Shown piece by piece: positions 29,668 through 41,180 of a stretch of DNA of 64,000 bases (position 1 is its first letter; the number at the start of each line of letters is the position of its first letter). This DNA comes from the human T2T-CHM13v2.0 reference genome, Homo sapiens, in assembly GCF_009914755.1 (NCBI RefSeq), contig NC_060928.1; one strand, 5' to 3'. The notes beneath the pieces are model-generated. The model ran no database searches. It saw nothing but the letters and a program-made list of their open reading frames with translations, and was not told the DNA's origin. The translations under genes were made by a program, and so were the position numbers.

Positions 29668-30581
29668 ACTTCTTTATTTAGAAGTAGAATTGCTGGGCCG
29701 TATGGTAAGTGTATGTGTAACTTTGCAAGAAATCCTCAAACTTCCAGTGCAGCTATACAATTTTGCTTTCCCACCAGCAATGTATGAGAGTTGCGGTTGC
29801 TCTGCATCCTCGAAAGCACTTGATATTGTAAGCTTTTATAAATTTATTTTAACAATTGTGTAGTAGTATCTCATTATAGTTTTAATTTGCATTTTTCAAA
29901 TGGATTATGTTAAATATATTTTCATGTACTTATTTTCCATCTGCATTTTTCATGTGCTTACCATTTACATATTTTTGGTCAAGTGTCGGCTAAAGACTTG
30001 TCCATTTTTTTAACTGACTTGTTTATGTTCTTCATAGTGAGTTTTGAGAATGTTTTTGTATATTCTGGATATAAGATATGCAATGGCAAATATTTTCTCC
30101 CAGTCTGTAGATTGTCTGTTTATTCTCTTGCTAGTGTCTTTCACTGAGCAAAAGTTTTAATTGTGATAAAGTCCAGTTATCAATATTTTTCTTTTAGATA
30201 TCTATTTTTTGTTGCCATGTCTAAGGCTTTTTTTTTTTTTGCCTAATCTAAGATTGTAAAGTTTTTCTCCAAGATCTTCTTCTCTAAAATTTTATAGTTT
30301 TTCTTTCATATCTATGACTCATTTATGCAAGTTTTATTTAACATTTTTTATTAGTCTTTTGATTTTTCAAATTATGTAACTGAGGTATGATTGACATAAT
30401 TAAAACCGGATGTATTTAATGTATACCACTTGATAAGTTTGGTGCTTTTGGCGGTTTGTTGAGAGAATCAGGGTTTTTTTTTTTTAAATTTGGATGTCCA
30501 TTTGTTCTGATACTATTTGATTAAAAAAACGCTTTCTCTATTGAATTGCCTTTGCACCACTTACAAAACTCAGTTGACTAA

Positions 30582-30706
30582 AGCTAGGTGAAGTGGCACA
30601 TGCCTATAGTCCCAGCTCTTCAGGAGACTAAGGCAGGAGGATTGTTGAGCCCAGGAGTTTGAAGCCAGTCTTGGAAACATTCCAAGACTCCATGTCTGTA
30701 ATATAA
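30582..30706 (+). mobile_element. Alu monomer (FLAM/AluJ-like)
   Basis: Single ~125 bp Alu arm 'gtggcacatgcctatagtcccagct...gagcccaggagtttgaag'. Confidence 0.8.
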
Positions 30707-33700
30707 AGTCATGGATTTATGCATTTAAGATTTTTTTATGAGAAAATTATTTTGATTACTGTACCTTTATAGTTATTCCTAAAGTTGGTTAATGTATATC
30801 CTCCAACTTTTACCTTTTTTCCAGAATTCTTTTTGTTACTGTAGTTTATTTGACTTTCAATATAAATTTTAGAATCAGCTTGTTGATACCTCCAATAAGG
30901 CTTTCTGAAACTTGGTTAGAATTGCAGTGAAGATATAGATAAGTTTTATAAATTAGGAAAATTGATATTGTGGTTATGCTTTTGCAATATGTGAACATGA
31001 TACATTTCCACTTATTTAGGTTTTCCTTGGTATTTTTTCATTAATATTTTATAGTTTTAAAGATATTGTGAATAAGGAAATTGTATTTCTTCTTTTTCAA
31101 TTGGCTAGACTTTTATTTACTTTTCTTAATGGGATCATTGACAGTAGACATCCTTGCCTTGTTCCCAGTCTTAGAACGCATTCAATCTTTCATCACAAAT
31201 ACAATGTTTGCTTTAGGATTTGTTCATTTTTATAGAGACCTTTTATTCATTTTGCCAAATTTTCTGACAAAATTTACATTTTATTTAGATTAAAATAAAC
31301 TGTACTAAATTTATTTATTTTTTTAATACGGAAGTATTTTCTGTATTTTTTCCAGATAAAACATAAAACACCTATTTTTACAGGTTTTCCAGGTTTGGCT
31401 TATGAATCAAGATGAGGCATTAGATATAGTTATGACAAAAAAAATGGAAGAAAACAGACACGTCAGATATACGTATCCATGGCCTCTGATTCTGCCTTGA
31501 CCATGAAACCTATATTTTCAACATATACTGACTAAAAAGTTTATGATATGGCCTCAACAAAAGAATGTAAATAGCAACAAGAAGTTTACAACTGGAGTTT
31601 GAATGGAAGAGTCTGCCATTTTTGTCCCACATCTTGTTGTTGCTGTTTACATTCCTTTGTTGAGCCTACATCTCCATAAGCTGTTTAGCCAGCATATGTT
31701 GAAAACTTAGCAATGGTGGACTCTTCCATTTAAACTTTAATTGTAAACTTGTTCCTTAAAGTTCATTTGATAAAGACAAAATCCACACTGAAATCCTGGT
31801 TTGGTGAGCTTTGTAAGTGTCTTTCTCTGGTAATTTCTTTAACTGTTTATTATAGATTATGAACAACATATTTAAAACTTCTACTAGTCAAAAGCCAATT
31901 GTGGATTTCACTGTAATATTTTATGATATGTATTTTGTCTTGCCACAACTCCTCAAAATTTATTTCTTAAAAGAATTGATAATTCAATACCCAATAACTG
32001 GATGTGCAGTGGAAATAAATGTTATGTCTAAAATGGATTAACCTAAACAATTCCAGAGTGAAGCTAGCAGGGATCACACGAAAGTGAAACACAGCACTTT
32101 CCATACTATATTCTGGAAGAACAGATTGGTCTTCAAAGCATGAGAGTTAAAACAAGGGCCTTTTAAATACATAGATCATTAATGGCTAAGGTACTCAATG
32201 GAAAGCCTATAGGCAAAGATATGCCTTACAGCTTTTCTTCCAAACATCAAATATAAAAGAAGACATATTTTAAAAGTCTCTTAGGCATTTTCACTGGCTT
32301 CTGAATTATCCACAGGAAGCTGTTAGTTGTATAGAGTTTGATATATGTACTCCCAATTAAGTCTGGTGTGTTTTATATCAAAAGTTTTGTTAAGTAAAGC
32401 TGAGTTACTCAACCTTTGTTCCATCAAAGTGTTTAAGTATGCTTTCAGACACTTTCATAGATTTTCATAGCACTTATTCTCAATCTTCGTCACAGAAAGA
32501 ATACACAGGTCCTTTAAAGATCCATATATATTAGGAAAAAAAGATGTCAGGCAGGTGGAATGCTTCATACATGAGGGACAGAAGTCCTATATCTTTACTC
32601 TGTGTTTCCATATGACTCTTCAACAAGGAAGCTCAGCTGAGAACATGTCTGGACTGAGTAAGTGACTTCTGTACTTGTCAGCATGGTGTTCCTCAGATGT
32701 ACTGAATTTAAGCTGTCCTATGACTGAAGGTACCAGAAATAAGCATATCATAGTTCTGAGGTACTGTTCTGAGAACATATCTTTGAGGTACTCTTCTGAG
32801 AATATATCTTTCAGTTTCTGAAAAATGTGCTCCACAGTTGGAACACTTAGGGTTTCTTTATAAAAACTCTCAGAGGTCAGTTGAGGTGCCATGTTACCTT
32901 GCTAAGCTCTATGGAATTTCCCAGGGAGTTTTATTTGACTATCAAGTTTGGTTACCAAATCTGTGGCTTCCTCAAACTAAAAATAATGATAGACTTCAAT
33001 ATCTTCCATCACTTCATTGAACGAATGTAGTACTGCAGTCAAACTACTGCCTACAAAGACGATATCAGAGGTGTGACCCTGGAGATTTCTTCAAAGGGTT
33101 CATGTAAAGGACTTTTTTTAATAACAATGGTAACAACGAAATCAAAATCTGTTGCTGCACTACAGAGGACAAATTCTTGGCTGGATACTCAGTCATCTCA
33201 TCTAATATTGCATCATCATTTATATCATTTAAACATAAAGAAGTGCTAGCATGAGGTCCACTAAAATTTCAAAAGCATCATGCCTGCCTGTTCAATGGGA
33301 ATACCAGATTTCCTTTAGTAATTTACCCTTTTCTCCACTGTTTTGAAAAAGAGCAGAAATGACACTGTCAACTCCTAAAAGCAGTTGTGATTGATGGAAA
33401 AAATGAAGAAACTTCTGCAGTTGTTCCTAATGCAACAGATAAACCCATAATAGGCACTGATTTTGTCAATCACATATTTAAGGCACAGGAAAGGCAGGGC
33501 GGGTAGATACCTTGAGGATATTTTTCTAAAAGTCTAGGAGAAACAACTTTCATTTTGGAAGAGAATCCATTGTACACAATGTAAACTTGGCCATGACAAT
33601 AATACTCCATATTTAGTCCCCATTTCTCAGTTATGGTAGTGTGAAATTTCACAGCCAAAATTTCTGCTTCAGCTTCATAAGGCAGGAAGCCCACAGATTC

Positions 33701-33786
33701 CTCTCTCAGGTTATGCGATTCATAAACAAACCTCTCCAACACAAGTGGGCACTCTTCCCCTGATATGTCCACTACATTGTCAGTGA

Positions 33787-34199
33787 TGGCTGTGTTTGGA
33801 TATTTGACCCTCCAAATGTCATGTTAAAATGTGATGCCCTATGTTAAAGGTGGGGACCAACAGGGGGTGTTGGGGTCATGGGGTAAATCTCTCATGAATC
33901 ATGTAGTGCCGTCCTTGTGTAATGTGTGAGTTCTTGCTGTCTTAGTTTCTACAACAGCTTCTTGTTGAAAGGAACCTGGCACCTCCCTCCCCTCTCTTTT
34001 TCCAGTCATGTTATCTCTGCATGCACCAGCTCCCCTTTTCCTTCCATCCTGAGTGGAAACAGGCTGAGTCCCTCGCCAGACACAGATGGTGGTGCCATGC
34101 TTCTTGTACAGCCTGCAGAACCATAGGCCAAATAATCCTCTTTTCTTTATAAGTTACCCAGCCTCAAGTATTCCTTTATAGCAACACAAACTGACAAAG
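33787..34199 (+). mobile_element. MST (MSTB-like) MaLR solo LTR inside the pseudogene
   Basis: 'ccatgcttcttgtacagcctgcagaacc' and 'cctcttttctttataagttacccagcctcaagtattcc'; 5 bp TSD agtga at 33782-33786 and 34200-34204. Confidence 0.92.
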
Positions 34200-34639
34200 A
34201 GTGATAATGACAAGGAAGTGTGAAATTCTCACTTCTCTTAGAGTTTCTTCCCTAATACAGCTCTCACAGATCTCTAGCATATGATTCTACTGTGTTTCCA
34301 AACAGAACAGTGTGTTGTGTTAGCCACTGTTGTCTCAGAGTGCTGTCTTCGGACCTCTTCACCAGAATTTATCTGGCACTCCAGCAGTGCTTGACAGTCA
34401 TCAGGAGTAAAATTACCTTCTGGGGTTTCGTCACCCCAGAAGGAATGTTTAGCTTTCCCTTAAGAATCAAAATTTCAAATAAAGACTTTATGTTTAGCTT
34501 TCCCATGAGAATCAAAACTTCAAATAGAGACTTTATGTATTTTTTTGTTTTCCTTCTTGTCAAAGATTAGAGGTAAAATGTTCTAATCTGTTCTTCATCC
34601 CCTTCTCTGCACTGGGGTTCTGAGCATTGCTGTTACTGG

Positions 34640-34643
<4 letters not shown>

Positions 34644-34687
<44 letters not shown>

Positions 34688-34712
34688 TGTGTGTGTGTGT
34701 ATATGTGTGTGT
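34644..34712. repeat. Interrupted (TG)n/(CA)n microsatellite within the pseudogene
   Basis: Visible run. Confidence 0.97.
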
Positions 34713-35181
34713 GCATTTTCCTCTTCAATGTTGTGAACATTTTCTGCTTTATGTGTTCTGATTTCATCTTCACTCAATTCTTTTATTCATTTTCCCTGTC
34801 ATTTAGATTGTTTAAATGACTAAGATCAACTATTGTTGGTATTACATTATCTTAAATAACTATCCTATAAGCACTAGTTCTATAGATCGTAAGAGGTCTC
34901 AAAGTAGTTGGCACATACTTGACAGTGTTTTATTAGTTGATCAGATGTTTTCTCTTCTGTCCACTCTCTTACAATTTACCTGTTTCTGGCATCTGGCTGG
35001 ATCCGGTGGGAAACTGGAAAAAGCCAGGTCAAACTGTATGCTCTTTTGCAGTACAATTGGTGGCAGTGCAGACCTCACCTACCTTCTATTGTGCTCAGCC
35101 TTCTTTTCCTTGCCTTCTCAGGGCAGCCTGCTGGACACAGGGGCCCAGGAGAGGAGAATGTGTTGTTGTATTTTAACAGAC

Positions 35182-35480
35182 CTTTTTTTTTTTTTTTTTT
35201 GGGATGGAGTCTCACTCTGTCACCCAGGCTGGAGTGCAGTGCCGTGATCTCAGCTCACTGCAGCCTCCACCTCCTGGGTTCAAGTGATTTTCCCACCTCA
35301 AACCCTCGAGTAGCTAGGACTATATCTGGGACCACCACAACTGGATAATTTTTGTATTTTTAGTAGAGACAGCGTTCCGCCATGTTGGGCAGGCTGGTCT
35401 CCAACTCCTAGCTTCAAGTCATCCGCAGGTGTCGGCCTCCCAAAGTGCTGGGATTACAGGAGTGAGCCACCACACCCAGC
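35182..35480 (-). mobile_element. AluS (Sx-like)
   Basis: Poly-T followed by a full antisense dimer ending 'gtgagccaccacacccagc'. Confidence 0.92.
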
Positions 35481-36450
35481 TGTATATCTTCTTTATTTTG
35501 TTAATATGATGAGCTATAGATTGAATTTTGAATGTTGACCCAACTTTGTATTTCTGGAATAAATATCACTAGGTTATGTTTGATGTAGTATTCTTTTTAT
35601 ATGTTGATATATTTAATTTGAAAATAATTCATTGTAGATTTTTGCATCTATGTTCAAAATAAATATTGGTCTTTTCTTTTACTGGCTGTCTCACATTTTA
35701 GTACAAGTAAATATTCCCTTCTTTCTCTAGTCTGGATTCTCCAAAGAAACAGAACTGAGAAGATATATGTGATATATGTATGTGTGTATATTTTATAGAA
35801 ATTGGATCACATGATTATGGAGACTGAGAAGTCCCATGATCTGCATGATCTGCCATCTGCAAGCTGGAGAACCATGAAAGATGGTGGCATAATTCAGTCC
35901 AAGTCCTAAAGCCTGTGGGGTGGGTGTTGGGAGGTGATGGTGCAATTCCTGGTCTGAGTCTGAAGGCCAGAGAACTAGGAGCATTGATATCTAAGGGCAG
36001 AAGAAGAAGATGGACGTCTCAGCTTAAGAAGAGAGAGAAAATTTGCTCATTCTTTTCATTTTGGTTCTATTTGGGCCCACAATGGGTTGGATAATGTCCA
36101 CCCACATTGGTGAGAATGATTTTCTTTACACAGTTACTGATTTAAATGCTAATCTCTGCTGGATGTACCCTCACAGACACACCAGAAATAATGTTCTAGC
36201 TGCTATCTTGGGCATTCCTTAGCCCTGTCAAGTGGCACATAAAATTAACCATAACACTCCTTTTCTATTTTCTGGAAGAGATGTATAGAATTGGTGTTAT
36301 TTCTTCTTTTAATGTTCAGTAGAATTTGCCAGTGAAAATATCTGGGTCTTAAGTTTTCTCTTTTCAAGGTTTTAAAATATGGATTCCATTTAAAAAATAT
36401 TTGTAGGAATATTTAGGTTTTCTATTTCTTCTCTGCTGAGTTTTGTTATA
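35481..36450 (-). mobile_element. Old L1M ORF2 continuation (interrupted by MLT2)
   Basis: 'tttgcatctatgttc' and 'ttcagtagaatttgccagtgaaaatatctggg'. Confidence 0.75.
35728..36256 (+). mobile_element. MLT2B/C-like ERVL LTR
   Basis: 'gaaattggatcacatgattatggagactgagaagtccc' and the end 'cacataaaattaaccataaca'. Confidence 0.85.
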
Positions 36451-37698
36451 CAAGAGTACCCTGTCTTCAAGAAAATTACATTTGATAGATGATGTAGTTC
36501 CTTACATAACAGTGTGTTATAGGCTAAGGGAAGCATAGCCTGGTGAGCAGTAACACTGTGATCCATTATGTATTCCATAATATTGCAAGAACCAGAGAAA
36601 ATTAATTTAGAATATTAACAAGATTTTATTGTGTAGGAAGAAGAATCCAGAAGAAACTGGAGTAAGTGTCAAGGTCTTCAACATATGATTTATGGTTCAG
36701 AAAATACTTTTGGTCTTTATAAGAACTGAGTGTTCAGTGAGGAGTTTGATAGAGAAAGCACACTTAAAGATTGAATCAACATGGGAGTGGAGAGAACATG
36801 GGAGCTGGGCACAGATTTTCTGTCCACAAGTTGCTATAGGAACATTGAAGAATGAACCATTAGAAAAAAAAAAATATCCAGATTGCACAACAGGCTTGAC
36901 TTATTAGATTCAAAATTTGCTTCCTCTTCCAGTACAGTTTTTTTAAAAAAACCAGAGTGGCATTGAGATTGCTGGTAAAATACTTCAGAATTATAACTTG
37001 GGAGGACAAGAGAGAAATTTATGACATCACACTATCAGGGACAAAAAAACCCACTATTTTTATAATTAACTTTAAAAATTGATAAACATGTTATATTGAA
37101 CAGTCAATTAAACAGAAGATTTCTACAAAGTAAATAAAACAAAAAATAATCAATTGATATTCAAAGAATTAAAAAATATTACTATAATTAATAACACTTT
37201 TAAGTTAAATGAAATAAAATATCATGCGACTCTAACAGTTTGGTCGAGATACTCTTCTGAGACACGTGAGAGGCCTTGGAACTAAAATAAGATAGACTTT
37301 ATGAAGTATCTTCCTACTGAGAACACATGACATAAACACATTTCCATGTGATATTGGGGTATAAAATCTAGCCTCTTAGAAAAGTACAAGGTAGAAACTG
37401 AAGTATGGAGTCATCAAAGAGATAACAAAGAGTAACACTGCAAAGTGAATTTCAGGGATATAACTAGAGATAGCAAAACAAATAGATGAAGGAATGAGTT
37501 TGGAAACTCTCATGGATGTTTTACCTGGAGAGATATGTTCAGGTTGGAAGATAGAAGTAGTGTATCACACAGTGGTTTGGGTATAGAACTGCTATTGGCA
37601 CCACACTCTTCGGATAATTTTGGTCAATCATAATGTTATGAAACAATAAAAGCAGTAGGACATCAAGAAGCCCTAAAATCTTTGATAAATGGTGGTGC

Positions 37699-38292
37699 TG
37701 ACAAAGACTTTCTCCTTGATCAAATTTAGACAGGCTGGTCTGATCCCTGTTTTCAACTAGGTCTTGTCATTATACATTGTCTGTGGGCCGACTAGCCCAG
37801 TTTTAGCAAGAATCTCCTGTAAGCCAGTTTGGAAAGAATCCCCCCATCCTTTATATCTGATTATACTCAATATCTCATTAAATTCCTCATCCCCACTCTT
37901 GGTATTTGATCATCTTTGGTCTGTGTTCAGTGAGGGGTTTGATAGAGAAACCACACTTAAAAATTGAATCAACATGGGAGGGGAGAGAAAACGGGAATTG
38001 GGCAGATTTTCTGTCTACAAGTTGCTGTAGGTGAAGAATCCTGTTAATATCAAGAATCCTGTTAAGTCTGTTTAGCAAGAATTCCCCTACCTTGATATCT
38101 TCTCTTAGTAATTTCCCATTCACTGACTCCTCCCTTCTGCTCATTTGCTATGAATCCTTAGCTATCTTTGCTTTATTTATTCAAGTTCAACTAACCTTTC
38201 TTCCTTACTGCAATAGTCTTGACACTTATTGCAGTAATCCTGAATAAAGTCTCCCTGATAATTTTAGTGTCAGAATAATTATTTCTTTAACA
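37699..38292 (+). mobile_element. ERV1 solo LTR (MER31/MER67-like) carrying a ~110 bp foreign insert
   Basis: tgacaaagactttctccttga...tctttaaca termini, AATAAA at ~38243, repeated 'gcaagaatc' motifs and a 4 bp TSD-like gtgc/gtgg. Confidence 0.8.
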
Positions 38293-38989
38293 GTGGTCAA
38301 AGTAATATCCATGGTGGTTTCCTTCCAATAAAATGACAAAAAGTATAAGAAAAAGTTTTAACACTGCATTAGGGGTACTCTAAAAATGTCCTAGCAGAAG
38401 AAAAAAGTACATGCAACTCTTTTCATGCTCTGATCCCTAAACATTGTGCAAGATGCTAGGGTAAGGCCTACTATAGAATGAAAATTAGGTTAAATTGAAT
38501 TACACATTTTTAAAATCTGACTTAATAAAAACAAGCACGATATCTAGGAACTTTTGGTTACAAAAATTGTTCTAAAATATTTAATGATAATTTGTGAATA
38601 TGACAGATACATTTGGGAAAAAGTTCTCTTTTACTGATCATTAAGTCTTAGGTTTGACTTTACTCCCTCACCCTAGAGTAAGTATTTCCCTTTTTTTTCT
38701 CATTGCTTTTGGGTTCTGTATCCAGAACATTCATTTCAGGTACTATTTGCACAGTGGTGAACCAAATAGTCATGTTTTCTGCCCTCTTGCCACAATTAAA
38801 AAAGCCATTTGAATTTGACTTATCTAACATCAGCTTACAGAAAATTGTGATACATGCATGTTTTTTAACAAATCCAGCACAATTGATTATTTGTTTGGGT
38901 ATGAAGAATGAAAGGTGATCCCAAATTCTTTTTCCTGAGAAAACAGAAGAGTGGAGTGGCATTTCTAAGATTGTCAAGTGATAGGGACT

Positions 38990-40210
38990 CCAAGTTTTAA
39001 GGAAGACATCATGAATTCACTTTTATTGATGATAGCTTTCAAATTTTAACCATCAAGAGACACTTTTGAGCAGGATAAGCAAGAGACTAGATTCAGAAAA
39101 GATATCTAGCTGGGATATTAATTTTGGAATTATCACCAGGTATTTGTATTAAAAAGCATATAACTAAATGGTATCTTCAATAAATTATATTCAAAGCAAG
39201 AGGATCAAGGTTATACAAAATAAAAAGGTTGAAGAGAAAAGAATAAAAATCAAAGGGACTGGGAAAGACCCATGGGTAGGGTAGGAAGAAAGCCATGGTA
39301 TTCTGAAAGCCAAGTTAAGAAAGTATATTAAAGAGAAGGGAGTGGTGGGAACACTTAAAATCTACTCTCTTAGCAATTTTCAAGTGTATAATACATCATT
39401 AATTATAGTCACCATATTGTATTTCTACACCAGATCTCCTGGACCAATTTGCCCTGCCTAACTGAAATTTTGCATTCTTTGATCAACATCTTCCCAATCA
39501 ACACAATCCCCCTTATCCCCTCGTAACCACCATTCTACTTTCTGCTTCCAATGATATGGTATGTGAGTTAATAAATATGTTAGTTAGCCTGATTTAGTCA
39601 TCCTGTAACATATACATACATCAAAACAGGATGTTGACACCATAAATGTAAATAATTTTTATTATAATTTTTACTTGTCAAATAAACAAATATAAAAAAG
39701 AGGAGAGAGTGATCAATAGTTTCAAACATGGCTGGTAGATTTTTTTAGCATGAGGACTAAGAGCTATCCTTTTGATTTTGCAATGTGAGATCATCAGAGC
39801 CATTGATAAGACCAATTTTAGTAGAGTAGGCTTTAGTAGAAAGCCTAATTGGAGTACACTTATGAGAAACAAAAGAGAAGCATTGGAAATGTGAGTATAT
39901 TCATCTGAGGAAGTTTGCTGCAGAGGTGAATGCAGAAATGGGGCAGTAGTTGGTTGGCAAAAGTGGAGAATGGAGCGACAAGAACATTTATTAATCAGGA
40001 GCATGTTTATTTCAAGAGGGTACAAATACCTGCAAATGATGGAACTGATACAGTCAAGTATGAAAGCTTGTCATATAGGGTAAGTCAGAGAGAATTGCTG
40101 TAGTAATGATACTGAGACAATATAGAATTTCCTGCATAAATGGGAGGATATATAAAAGCATGCATATGTCACCTAAAGTAAGTGGAGGAAAAGCAGAGAA
40201 ACTGGATGAA
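38990..40210 (-). mobile_element. L2 fragments (split by an L1MA insertion)
   Basis: 'tgaaagccaagttaagaaagt' continues after the insertion as 'gagtgatcaatagtttcaaac...catgaggactaag'. Confidence 0.65.
39342..39697 (+). mobile_element. L1MA 3' end with 5' inversion (39342-39550 inverted)
   Basis: Antisense 'acacttaaaatctactctcttagcaattttcaag' followed by sense 'gtatgtgagttaataaatatgttagttagcctgatttag'; TSD aagagaagggagtg/aagaggagagagtg. Confidence 0.85.
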
Positions 40211-40216
40211 CATTTA

Positions 40217-40514
40217 CTTATTTATTTATTTTGAGATGGAGTCTTGCTCTTTCACCCAGAAGGGAGTACAGTGGCACGATTTCAGCTCACTGAAGCCTCC
40301 GCCTCTGCGATTCAAGTGATTCTCCTGCCTCAGCCTTCTGAGTAGCTGGGATTACAGGCATGCGCCACCACATCCGGCTAATTTTTGTATTTTTACTAGA
40401 GACGGGGTTTCACCATGTTGGCCAGGCTGGTCTTGACCTCCTGACCTCAAGTGATCCACCCGCACCCACCTCCCAAAGTGCTGGGATTATAGGCGTGAAC
40501 CACCGCGCCCAGCC
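40217..40514 (-). mobile_element. AluSx/Sz
   Basis: Full antisense dimer with a (TTTA)n tail; TSD tggatgaacattta/tggctgaacattta. Confidence 0.95.
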
Positions 40515-40639
40515 TGGCTGAACATTTAGAGAGCTAGGTTGTTAATGGAAAATCTGAGGGTATTCTCAGCCAGTAGCCAAAAGCAAGAGCTAAATTAGGA
40601 GAAATGATGGTGATTTTGTGATTACATATAAAAGCTAGG

Positions 40640-41180
40640 TGATTTAGTCAGGGTTCTCTAGCGGAACAGAACTAATAGGATATATGTATATATGAAAGAG
40701 AGTTTATTAAAGGGAACTGACTCACGTGGTCACAAGGTAAAGTCCCACAATAGGCCGTCTGCAAGTTGAGGAGAAAGGAAGTCAGCAGTGGATCAGTCCC
40801 AGCCCCAAAATCTCAAAAGTAGGGAAACTGACAGTGCAGCCTTCAGTCTGTGGCTGAAGGACAAATAGCCCTAGGCAAACCACTTAAGTCCATGAGTCCA
40901 AAGGCCAAAGAATCTGGGGTCTGATGTTCAAGGGCAGGAAGCATTCAGCAAAGGAGAAAGATGAAGGCCGGAAGACTCCGCAAGTCAGCCCGTTCCACTT
41001 TCTTCTGCCTGTGCTGCAGCTGAGGCGATGGTGCCCACACAGATTAAGAGTGTGTTTGCCTCTCACAGTCCCCTGATTCAAATGTTAATCTCCTTTGACA
41101 ACACCCTCACAGGCACACCCAGAAACAATACTTTGCATCCTTCAATCCAATCACGTTGACACTTATTATTAACCATCACA
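40640..41180 (+). mobile_element. MLT2A ERVL solo LTR
   Basis: tg...ttagtcagggttctctag...aaccatcaca; perfect 5 bp TSD ctagg. Confidence 0.93.

Larger units (their letters stand above)
28610..31245 (-). mobile_element. Old L1M 3' end and ORF2, left part of the host of the THAP12 retrocopy
   Basis: 'cccaccagcaatgtatgagagtt' and 'gtagacatccttgccttgttccc'; L1 sequence resumes after 35160/35480. Confidence 0.82.
31246..35158 (-). pseudogene. THAP12: Processed pseudogene of THAP12 (PRKRIR/P52rIPK): decayed CDS ~35080 to 32281 plus ~1 kb 3'UTR
   Basis: Minus-strand peptides match THAP12: SEDEIRT, KSLFEILILMGK, ESHNLREE..GFLPYEAEAEILAVKFHT.ITEKWGLNMEY, QLTSES.YKETLSVPTVEHI and GQLKF.TSEEHHAD. A THAP-domain remnant ([16 protein letters not shown]) lies at ~34980-35030. 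It has no introns, Trp-to-TGA stops at 33470 and 32620, frameshifts and no recognisable ATG. The native-position stop is at 32281-32283 and AATAAA signals lie near 31242-31320. Confidence 0.96.

Noticed and set aside
32620-34777. THAP12-like ORFs as a functional gene or an active hAT transposase
   Set aside because: Premature stops, frameshifts, an LTR insertion and no start codon; no TIRs flank the region.
31222-35185. ttttatagagacctttt (~31228) vs ttttaacagacctttt (~35170) as the pseudogene TSD
   Set aside because: Each also fits a different position of the host L1 consensus, and the second T run is the Alu tail, so it cannot be supported.
29122-41180. Two same-strand MLT2A LTRs ~11 kb apart as ends of one ERVL provirus
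   Set aside because: The 40640 copy has its own TSD (ctagg), the 29122 copy interrupts a continuous L1, and no gag/pol lies between them.
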